A DNA stretch of 64,000 nt from Eledone cirrhosa (taxonomy: Eukaryota): NCBI GenBank assembly GCA_964016885.1, contig OZ024753.1, positions 8,122,001-8,186,000 of the forward strand. Reading direction: 5' to 3'. The first letter of the stretch is position 1, and each line of letters begins with the position of its first letter. Below the pieces are notes generated by a model. The model had not been told where the DNA came from, did no database searches, and saw only the letters and a program-made list of their open reading frames with translations. This document shows positions 53,323 through 64,000 of the stretch, piece by piece. Made by a program: the position numbers and the translations under genes.

Positions 53323-54376
53323 TTAGGGTTAGGAGGACAATAACCCTATAAAATTATCCTAAGATACAATTTATATCTAAGTAAGCAATAAGCAGTATTT
53401 ACAACAGCTGTACATTGTAAGTATAATGTGCAACATTAGTGCAATGATGGTGTTATGAATGGTTTGAGAGGTAGAAATGTTTGCTTACCACCTCTGATTT
53501 GCTTCCAATAGATGTTCGACTCCTTTCAAATGATTATATGATTGATTTATTGGTTAAAGGTAGATCAATTGACAGGGAGACAATTACCATCAGATTGGAA
53601 AATCTCAGGAATGATAACACTTCAAAGACTAGATAGGAAATACCTTTATACTGGCACACACATACACACATATATACATACATACACATACATACACACA
53701 TACATACACACACATTCACACATACACACATACACAAATACACACATACACACACATATACACACACACATATACACACACATATACACACACACATATA
53801 CACACACACATACACACATATATACATACATACATACACACACATACATACACACATACACACACACATACACACATACATACATACACACACACATACA
53901 CACATACATATACACATACACACATACATACATACACACACATACACATACACACATACACACATACATACACACATACATATACACATACACACATACA
54001 TATATACACACATACATACATACACACATACATACACACACACACACCACACACATACATGCACACACAAATATACACACACATGCACACACAAACATAC
54101 ACACACATGCACATACATTGCTCAATCAAACACACGCACCCACACACTGATCAACCAAACACACATACACACACGCTCACACACGCACACCAGACACTGA
54201 TCAACGAAACACACACGCACCACACACTGATCAACAAAACACACACACACACATGCACGCTCACACACACTCACACATGCATGCTCACACACACTCACAC
54301 ACTCACACATACACCACACACTTCTCAACAACATACACACATACACATGCTCACACACACTCATATATATACTGTG

Positions 54377-54634
54377 TGAAGGTCCGTGACTGAGGGGTTA
54401 GAGAATCGGATTCACAATCGTGAGATTGTGAGTTCGATTCCCAGACTGGGTGATGCGTTATGTCCTTGAGCAAGACACTTGATTCCACGTTGCTCCTTCT
54501 GACTGCATTTGCGACTGGTAGATAGTATTAGCAATTGAAAAGGCCGATGGAAACATTGTTTCCTCGGTCCGATTTGACAAGCTCCACCCCACTCGTTAAG
54601 TGAATGAGGCCTGTGATCTTGTCGATCAACTATT
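54377..54634 (+). mobile_element. CORE-like SINE family C
   Basis: tRNA-like head with GAGTTCGATTCCC, CCTTGAGCAAGACACTT, distinct 3' half; relics at 23850-24270 and 34420-34615. Confidence 0.75.
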
Positions 54635-54651
54635 ATTATATATACTGTAAA

Positions 54652-55046
54652 GGTGGTGAATTGGCAGTATCGGTAGAGGGTCGGATGCCATGATTTCCAG
54701 CACAGTTACGTCCCTTTACGGACTGAGTTCAAATCCCGCCGAGGTTAACTTTGCCTTTCATCCTTACGATGTCGATAAAATAAAGTACCAGTAATGAATT
54801 GGGATAATTGCTGGCCTTGTGCCAAAAGTAGAAACAATTATATATACTGTGTTATGGTGGTGGGTTGGTAGTATCGATAAAAGATCGGATGCTATGCTTT
54901 ATAGCATAGCGTTACACCCCTTTACAGTCTGAGTTCAAATCCCGCCGAGGTTAACTTTGCCTTTCATCCTTACGGGGGTTGATAAAATAAAGTACCAGTA
55001 ATATACTGGGATAATTACTGGCCTTGTGCCAAAAGTAGAAACAATT
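54652..55046 (+). mobile_element. Two stacked family A SINEs
   Basis: ATTATATATACTGT at 54635, 54837 and 55047. Confidence 0.9.
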
Positions 55047-55240
55047 ATTATATATACTGTATTTTAATTTTATATCTTATTGCCAGAGTGAGGTGGAGAG
55101 AGATCTGTTATTGGTGCTACCTTTCTCATTGTCACCATTATGATTACCAGCCTCTACACCCCCACTGCCACCACCACGCCACCATCATTAAGGACTTTAC
55201 TATCACCACACTTACCTACATCATCACTATCATTAACTAG

Positions 55241-56163
55241 CACTGCCCTCCACCATTATCTACCACTACCCTCCACTATATCTACCACTACCCTCCACTA
55301 TATCTACCACTGCCCTCCACCATATCTGCCACTACCCTCCACCATTATCTACCACTACCCTTCACCATATCTGCCACTACCCTCCACCATTATCTGCCAC
55401 TACCCTCCACCATTATCTACCAATACCCTCTACCATTATCTACCACTACCCTTCACCATATCTGCCACTACCCTCCACCATTATCTACCAATACCCTCTA
55501 CCATTATCTGCCACTACCCTTCACCATATCTGCCACTACCCTCCACCATTATCTGCCACTACCCTCCACCATTATCTACCAATACCCTCTACCATTATCA
55601 ACCACTACCCTCCACCATTATCAACCACTGCCCTCCACCATTATCAACCACTGCCCTCCACCATTATCTACCACTACCCTCCACCATTATCTACCACTAC
55701 CCTCCACCATATCTACTACTGCCCTCCACCATATCTGCCACTACCCTCCACCATTATCTACCACTACCCTCCACCATTATCTACCACTACCCTCTACCAT
55801 TATCTACCACTACCCTCCACCATTATCTACCACTACCCTCCACCATTATCTACCACTACCCTCCACCATATCTACTACTGCCCTCCACCATATCTGCCAC
55901 TACCCTCCACCATTATCTACCACTACCCTCCACCATTATCTACCACTACCCTCCACCATTATCTACCACTACCCTCCACCATATCTACTACTGCCCTCCA
56001 CCATATCTGCCACTACCCTCCACCATTATCTACCACTACCCTCCACCATTATCTACCACTACCCTCCACCATTATCTACCACTACCCTCCACCATTATCA
56101 ACCACTGCCCTCCACCATTATCAACCACTGCCCTCCACTATATCTACCACTACCCTCCACCAT
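55241..56163. repeat. 22-23-bp C-rich minisatellite (~40 copies)
   Basis: CCCTCCACCATTATCTACCACTA and CCCTCCACCATATCTGCCACTA variants; accounts for ORF 55140..56198. Confidence 0.96.
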
Positions 56164-56831
56164 CAGCCTCTTCATTTGTCCTTACAAGTGTCAACTAAAA
56201 GAGAAAGAGAAAGAGAGAAAAACAAGAGAGAATGGACAAGAAAGAGCCACAATAAATGATCTGCGAGAAAAGTTTGGCTTCAGTGTTATAGTTTCGAAAG
56301 TTTCTCCCCTTTTATGTATTATGGCTAAAATCGGAAATCAGTTTCTGCTATATCATGGGAAGTATTGCAACTTTATTGGATCTTTGCCATGTCACAAAAG
56401 TTCAGGATCAGAGATCAAATGAGGGGTTTCAATCATACAGTTCTTATCACTAAGGACTGTAAAATAATGACAACTTCTTTGACCAATACAACCAGGCAGA
56501 AATAGCCACATTCTACTTTCTCTCGTTCTTACACAATTTCTTTCTTTTTTCTTTATTTTTCTTTTCTTTATTTTTCTTTTTTTCTTCTTTTTTTTTTCTT
56601 CTTTTTTTCTTTTTTTTCTTCTTTTTTTTTCTTCTTTTTTTATTTTGTCTACTCTTATTTCTTACTTTCTTTGTCATTCATAATATCTATAACTATCTCC
56701 TCTTACTATTCTTGCATTGTGATAGAGGTATGGATAGGGAAAGGGAAATGAATGACTTTAGTTTCCAAGAAATTGAATGCTTGGGTTGTTCAATCAGTTA
56801 GAAATAGAAAGTTCAATGTACAAAATTTTAA

Positions 56832-56933
<102 letters not shown>

Positions 56934-56968
56934 TTCTGAATTATTATATATTATATATATGCATGTCC

Positions 56969-57018
<50 letters not shown>

Positions 57019-57055
57019 AACAAAACGAGGTTTCACATTGTTTTTATTAAATTAC

Positions 57056-57125
<70 letters not shown>

Positions 57126-57190
57126 TATTATAAAGTGAAATGACAGGAGGCCAAATATGATGAATTCCCTTAATCTTTTTATTTCTGCAA

Positions 57191-57580
57191 ACATTATGCA
57201 CATTTCAGTGGCCATGTTGCGTAAGACCCCGGTGACCTCATCAGGTGTAAATTGCGTAATAGATGTATACCAACGGAATGATGGTAAACTTTAATATCGT
57301 TTATGTTAGGTTATTTACCAATGGGTAGAACTCGTAGTTTTGGTTGGTAAACGATGATGCAACAAATTAATTAAAGCACTCAACGTTATGCAAGTCATCC
57401 ATCATAGATGTGGTATCCAGGGGTTGGTGCACGAACGAAGTAAAGTATTCATTAAAACAACAGAAGGCTGGATTGGAAAATTTACTTTAAAATTATAATT
57501 CTGCTAAATCACTCTCCATATTTCGATGGCTCAGCTCTATCATACGAATATGATTCAAGACAAGGTGATCTCATCAGGTG
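57191..57580 (-). ncRNA. Two degenerate hammerhead-like motifs in tandem, cores 333 bp apart
   Basis: Minus: CAC-CTGATGA-GGTCACC...GAAA-tgtgcaTA (57191-57248) and CAC-CTGATGA-GATCACC...C-GAAA-tatggaga-GTG (57510-57580). Confidence 0.5.
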
Positions 57581-57686
57581 TCATCCACAGAATTACTTAA
57601 CAGGGTTATGTTGAATCCAAACGTATAACGGAAAATAGGATATATAGAAAATTGGAAATTCAATTGAAGGACATTATCATAATCAA

Positions 57687-58344
57687 TGGTGGATTGGCAG
57701 TATCGGTAGAGGGTCGGACGCCATGCTTTGACACATTGAGTTACGGCCCTTGCTATTCTGAGTTCAAATCCCGCCGAGGTTAACTTTGCCTTTCATCCTT
57801 ACGAGGTCGATAAAATAAAGTACCAGTAATGCACTGGGTAATTGCTGGCCTTGTGCCAAAAGTAGAAACAATTATCATAATCATCGTTTAACGTCCATCT
57901 TCCATGCTAGCATGGGTTAGACAGGATTGTCCCACTTGAGGCAAGATTGGTCGAGTGACCATGTCTCGCTCATATAGAACTGTATTAGGCAGGTTTTCTA
58001 CAGCTGGATGCCCTTCCTAACACCAACCACATTTACAGTGTGGATTCAGACCCTTTTTACCGTGTCTCCTACATGACAACTTTACAACATGGACAGCCTG
58101 TAAATAAATTGTTATTGATGGCAGAAACATTAATTCTTTTTGTTATTTTAAGCATTTAACGGCGGTGGATTGGCAGTATCGGTAGAGAGTCGGAGGCCAT
58201 GCTTTGCAGTACAGTTACGTCCCTTTACGATCTGAGTTCAAATCCCGCCGAGGTTGACTTTGCCTTTCATCCTTACGGGGTCGATAAAATAAAGTACCAG
58301 TAATGCACTGGGTAATTGCTGGCCTTGTGCCAAAAGTAGAAACA
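57687..58344 (+). mobile_element. Two family A SINEs with clear TSDs, separated by an RTE-tailed SINE relic
   Basis: TSD ATTATCATAATCA (57673/57871) and GTTATTTTAAGCATTTAAC (58142/58345). Confidence 0.9.
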
Positions 58345-58635
58345 GTTATTTTAAGCATTTAACTAATATATTTCTTTATTCCACTGTTATTTTACTCTTT
58401 TACCTGTTTCAGCCATCCGGCTGAGGCCATGCTGGGGCACCGCCCTTGTTATGTTTACTTTGTTATTTCTGTTGTGTATATTTATTACAATTTCCATTAT
58501 TGTTATTCTTACTTGGGTTCAAACCCCGCTGTGTTTAGCTTTGCCTTTCATCCTTACGGGGTTGGTAAAATTAAGTACCAGTAATGCACTGGAGTCAATT
58601 TAAATGTTTGCCGCCTTGTGCCTAAATCAGAAAAC

Positions 58636-58761
58636 ATTATTACCACCACCACTACAAGCACCATCACCAACACCGCCACCTCCACTATTGTTACTACCAC
58701 TAACACCACACTCACCACTACCACGGTCACCATCACTACTGCTACTACTATTACCACCACC

Positions 58762-58801
<40 letters not shown>

Positions 58802-58826
58802 TTACTACTACCACCACCACTATTAC

Positions 58827-58859
<33 letters not shown>

Positions 58860-58901
58860 TACTACTACTACTACCCCTGCCACCACTATTACTTCTACTA
58901 C

Positions 58902-58937
<36 letters not shown>

Positions 58938-58938
58938 T
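58636..58938. repeat. (ACT)n/(ACC)n trinucleotide tract
   Basis: Direct reading; begins at the (ATT) tail of a SINE relic. Confidence 0.95.
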
Positions 58939-59401
58939 CTTTATTCATCTCTACTTATTCAACTACAATTTCTATGCACCAAAAGAAAAAAAGAAAAAGA
59001 AAAGATAAAAAAGGTAAAAAAAAAAAAAAAAAAAAAAGAAGCTAAAATAAGTGGGACGAGAAATGTTTTGATAAACTTTAAAATATTGATTTCTGATTTG
59101 GGCTTCAAGCCAATTATTGATGAGAAATGGATTATGTCAATGAAATCGACCAGATTATATATTACTAATATATATATTTCAAAACCTTAGAGGAAGGAAA
59201 AGTTATCTTCTCTTTTTGCCAACTCACCGCTCCATAAATTTCAAATATTAATATCATTTCACGAGACATTTGACATAGCTATTCTAAAAGAAGAGAATCC
59301 TTACCATATTTGGTATTTATGGACCTTGACAATGACTTGATGAAAAGGAAAGTCAAACCTGAACAGGATTTAAACTTAGATCATAGACAGACAATCTATA
59401 C

Positions 59402-59447
<46 letters not shown>

Positions 59448-59827
59448 TTTTATTATTATTATATATATATATATTTTATTATTATTATATATATATGTAT
59501 TTTATTTTTATATTTATATATATATATATATTTTATTTTTATATTTTTATATATATATATATATTTTATTTTTATATTTTTATATATATTTTATTTTTAT
59601 ATTTATATATATATATATATTTTATTTTTATATTTTTATATATATATATATATATATTTTATTTTTATATTTTTTCATTGTTAAATTGGTTTTGTTATTG
59701 TCTATTTTCACTTAATTTTATTGTAAATCCGCCCCCCCCCCCCTGTCCGTGGCTTCTGAATTGTCCCCTCTATGTCGGCCCTTGTAGCCAATAAATGAAA
59801 CTATTATTATTATTATATAATAAGTCT

Positions 59828-60560
59828 GTGTATTGGCAGTATCGGTAGAGCATCAGATAGCATGCTGTGTGGCGTAGAGTTACACCCCTTTATGTTCTGA
59901 GTTCAAATCTCGCCGAGGTTAACTTTGCCTTTCATCCTTACGGGATGGATAAAATAAAGTACCAGTAATGTACTGGTGTAATTGCTGGCCTTGTGCCAAA
60001 TGTAGAAACAATTATTATAAGAAGCAGGGGGATTGGTAATATTTGTAGAGGGTTTGATGCCATGCTTTGCAGCATAGAGTTATGTCCCTTTACGGTCTGA
60101 GTTCAAATCCCGCCGAGGTTAACTTTGTCTTTAATCCTTACGGGTTCGATAAAATAAAGTACCAGTAATACACTGGGATAATTGTTGGCCTTGTGCCAAA
60201 AGTAGAAACAATTATTATAAGAAGCTCGTGAATTGCCAGAATTGGTAGCACATTGGACATGCTCAAACATGCTTAACAGCATAGTGTTATGGCCCTTTAT
60301 GTTCTGAGTTCAAATCCTGCGAACGTTACTCTTGCCTTTCATCTTTACACCGCCAGTAAAATAAAGTATCAGTAATGCACTGGGGGCGATTTAATTGACT
60401 TTCCTCCTTCCACCCAAACTGTTGGCCTTGTGCCTAATTCAGTAGCCATTATTATTATTAGGGTGGGAAATTGGCAGTATCAGTAGAGCGTCCGATAATA
60501 TGCTTTATGGCATAGGGTTATGGCCCTTTACAATCTGAGGTCAAATCCTGCCAAGGTAAG
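59828..60560 (+). mobile_element. Cluster of four head-to-tail family A SINEs of different ages
   Basis: ATTATTATAAGAAGC duplicated at 60011 and 60211; the cluster starts at the (ATT)n tail of a Tx1-like end. Confidence 0.85.
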
Positions 60561-60764
60561 TTTTCTTGCAATATGTCTGACTCTTGCTAGGAAGGAAAAC
60601 AGGCGTTAAATGATGCAGACAGCATGATGAATTGAGTGTGTGTATATATGTATGTACGTATGTTTATGTATAAATATATATGTTTATATATACATATATC
60701 TATCTGTGTGTGTATATATATGCATATATATATATATATATGCATATATATATATATATATATA

Positions 60765-60821
<57 letters not shown>

Positions 60822-60918
60822 TTGCTCTCGTACTTACATAGAGCACTCTTCACTCCTACGACTTTTTCAATTTTCAACGGAAACTTCAATACATATATAT
60901 ATATATATATATATATAT

Positions 60919-61570
60919 GACACTTTATTTCACATTGTTCCAGTTTACTCAGCTGTAGAAATGAGATGATAGGGACTGAGCTCCCTATCATTCCACTGAA
61001 AAGTGGTCGTGGAGGTGCCATGGCAAAAAAGCACCCAGCACTCACTGTAAATGAGGTTGGTGTTAGGAAGGGCATCCAGCTGTAGAAATCAAGCCACAAT
61101 CAGTTCCCGTCCCACCCTTGCAAGCAGGGAAAAGCAGACGTAAAAATGAAATGAAATGAAAAATGAATATATATATATGTGAAGGCACATGGCTTAGTGG
61201 TTAGAGCATTGGGCTTGCAATTGAAAGGTTGTGAGTTCAATTCTCAGACCGGGTGATGTGTTGTTTCCTTGAGCAAGACACTTTATTTCACATTGCTCCA
61301 GTTTACTCAGCTGTAGAAATGAGATGATAGGACTGGGGTCCCTATCATTCCACTGCAAAGTGGTCGTGGAGGTGCAATTGCAAAAAAGCACCCAGCCCAC
61401 ACTGTAATTGAGGTTGGTGTTAGGAAGGGCATCCAGCTGTAGAAATCAAGCCAGAATCAGTTCCCGTATGAGCAAGACATGGTTACCCGACTGGACACTG
61501 CCCACAACAGGGCAACCCATCTAACCCATGCTAGTGTGGAAGAATGGACGTAAAACGATGATGATGATGA
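60919..61570 (+). mobile_element. Two family B SINEs; the second has an alternative 3' tail
   Basis: 60919-61165 is 5'-truncated; 61180-61570 switches after CAGTTCCCGT to ...AACCCATGCTAGTGTGGAAGAATGGACGTAAAACGATGATGAT. Confidence 0.85.
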
Positions 61571-62074
61571 TATACATTAATATTTATATGCATATATATA
61601 TACATTAATATTTATATGCATATATATATATATTAATATTTATATGCATATATATATATATATTAATGTTTATATGCATATATATATATCTATATGGTCG
61701 TCAAACAGTGATTGTGATATAGAAATACATTTTTTGCAGGTACCTTTTGGTATTTATGATTGACATTACCATTATCATAAACTTTTTCCCACCTAACCTT
61801 CTCAAGCTAGAAACCAAACTAGAGGCATGAAATGAAGCATCAGGATGTATTAATAAAAATACAAAATTCACTCTTGGGAGGTTTTTTTCTAACAGTAATC
61901 TTAGAGATTTCGATTTTATTAAAATTGAATTTTTGAACATACACATAAAATGTGGCAAATCTCTTCAGTGAAATAATGAAAAAAATATGCTGAATTACAT
62001 AGAAATATAGGGAAATAATCTAAATACAATTAGTTTGATGAATGTATCATTTTATTGACATGTGTCAAGTCTAT

Positions 62075-62111
<37 letters not shown>

Positions 62112-62160
62112 CACAGACACACACACACATGCATAGATATATAAACACACACACGCACAC

Positions 62161-62201
<41 letters not shown>

Positions 62202-62296
62202 TATACATATAAATACATATATATATATATACACACACATATATAGATACACACGTACATATACACACACATATATATATATATATGCACATACAT

Positions 62297-62335
<39 letters not shown>

Positions 62336-62451
62336 AATATATATATATCATCATCATCATCACTGTTCTATGTGGAAGAATGCACGTAAAATTGTGGTAA
62401 CGATAATGTTATATATATATATATATATATATATGCAGGTGTGTGTGTAGG

Positions 62452-62484
<33 letters not shown>

Positions 62485-63008
62485 ATTTCTATGCGTATCT
62501 ACATATGTCCGCAGAGCTGCAATTGTGTAGGCTTGAACATGATTTTTTTCTAACTTCAAATTTTCGACGAATCATTTTGATTTGATTGATTTCAAATTTC
62601 AATTCCTTTCACCACAGAGAGGGTGAGAGATAGATAGAGGGGGGGGGGGGGGGGGGAGAAAGAGAAAATTCTGTTGTTAAATTCTTTTTTTTTTTTCAAT
62701 TTTAAATAATAGATACAAAAACCCCAATATTTGTTCTATTTCATTTTACAGTTTCTAGTTCTTATTTTTCAAAGATGTGTTGCAATTTTCTCTACAAATT
62801 GGAACTATAAATAATAATAATAATAATAATAATAATGAATTTTAAAAACATGAGAGACACTGCACAATAAACTGACAATTGCTGACTGAAGAATTTATCC
62901 AATTCACTTATAAACATTTTTAGTAATCAAATTACTTAAAATTCTTTCTTTATACTGTTTCTCATCATCATCATTATTATAAAAAAAAAAAAAATAAATA
63001 AAGGAAAA

Positions 63009-63044
<36 letters not shown>

Positions 63045-63754
63045 TTTATTGTGGGGAAAGAAAAGCTACTAGAATATTTTTGTTGTATATTTTGCTATTT
63101 TCATTATTTTTTTTTTCATGATTTTCTCAGATCTTGATAGTACATTAGACATCTTGGATCACTTCTTTCTGTGAAAAGATGGTCTTTTTATTTTTATTCC
63201 TGTGTGAATGTCTATATGTGTGTGTGTGTGTGTGTATGTGTGTGTGTGTGTGTGTGTGTTTTCCTTTCTCTGTCATTGTAATGCAAGCTCTACATAAGCA
63301 GCTTAAATTAGACAACTTACTTCACAAGAATCTATGAATTGTATGAGAAGAGTTATATGGAATTTTCGGAACAATTAGTTTTCCTAGCTTTTATCTAAAG
63401 CTTTTTTTTTATGTACTTCTTGTACTATTTTTGTTTGATTCTCTTTTACATGCTTATCATTATTATTATTATTATTATTTTTTTTTTTAATGCATGTTTA
63501 CTTTTGATGTTTCAATGGAATAATAATACAAAGAAAGAACTTGTGAAATGGTAGATGAGTATTAAACAGTTACTAATAAATATGACTTCTTAATTAGATA
63601 TCAAGTAGGGTTAAGTTATTGAAGACTATTTAATGCTTAGAGAGAGAGAGAGAGAGAGAGAGAGATCAAGTTATAAATGATATATTTATTTACTTAATCA
63701 ATAAACCTTTATATGTTATCTTCGTTAAGTATAAATATTTCGGTAAAAGCAAGT

Positions 63755-64000
63755 TTAGTATATTTCTGACACAGTACAGAGTCTCCAATATGATGACAAC
63801 TTGGAATCAACCTTTTTGATTTTGGTGCTGAAGTTTTTGACATACTTGTGGTGGGCTCTGGAAACCTGATCAGTGATCTCGATCAAGCAAACAACAATAA
63901 CCTGAGACAGAAACTGTCTCATACGTAAGAATAAGAAAACGTTGAAGAAACTTCTGATGCCAAACTGCCTGAAAACACCCCTGGTTCAATGACACGGAAC
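63755..64000 (-). other. Possible terminal exon of a minus-strand gene lying mostly beyond the window
   Basis: Unique, higher-complexity sequence; frame open from the window edge FRVIEPGVFSGSLASEVSSTFSYSYV* (63999-63919), or acceptor TTTCTGTCTCAG then VIVVCLIEI...SEIY* (63901-63755); AT-rich UTR-like DNA downstream. Confidence 0.25.

Noticed and set aside
55140-56198. 352-aa Pro/His/Thr-rich extensin- or mucin-like ORF
   Set aside because: 22-23-bp minisatellite shifting frame each unit; no splice or signal evidence.
58618-59190. Poly-Thr mucin-like ORF
   Set aside because: Starts in a SINE tail and runs through (ACT)n and poly-A tracts.
63790-63908. C/D box snoRNA (ATGATGA...CTGA)
   Set aside because: Terminal stem is poorly placed relative to the C box and no rRNA guide is recognisable.

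Overview
AT-rich eukaryotic DNA, intronic or intergenic, saturated with (TA)n, (CA)n, (TACA)n and (ATT)n microsatellites. The SINE and RTE content strongly suggests an octopus or other coleoid cephalopod genome (inference). No intact protein-coding gene could be identified: nearly all long ORFs in the track are artefacts of micro- or minisatellites, and the only recognisable protein sequences are 3' fragments of non-LTR retrotransposons (RTE, Expander/Rex3, R4/Dong, Tx1-like). The window holds tRNA-headed SINE families (one with a Meta-like core, several with a CORE-like domain), bipartite RTE derivatives, piggyBac-, mariner-, Tc2- and Tigger-like MITEs, a 177-bp x5 array, a 206-bp SINE tandem array and a 4.5-kb variant minisatellite. 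The most notable unannotated signals are four. (1) About a dozen type I hammerhead ribozyme or ribozyme-like motifs sit in short islands in or beside TA-rich microsatellites, resemble Penelope pseudo-LTR or retrozyme motifs, and several share an unusual U.U pair at 10.1/11.1. (2) Fold-back palindromic elements carry arms that co-vary between copies. (3) An RTE insertion shows a clear twin-priming 5' inversion and an 11-bp TSD. (4) A SINE family repeatedly re-inserts into the same ATTAT-starting target. All calls were made by eye and family names come from recalled motifs, not database searches.
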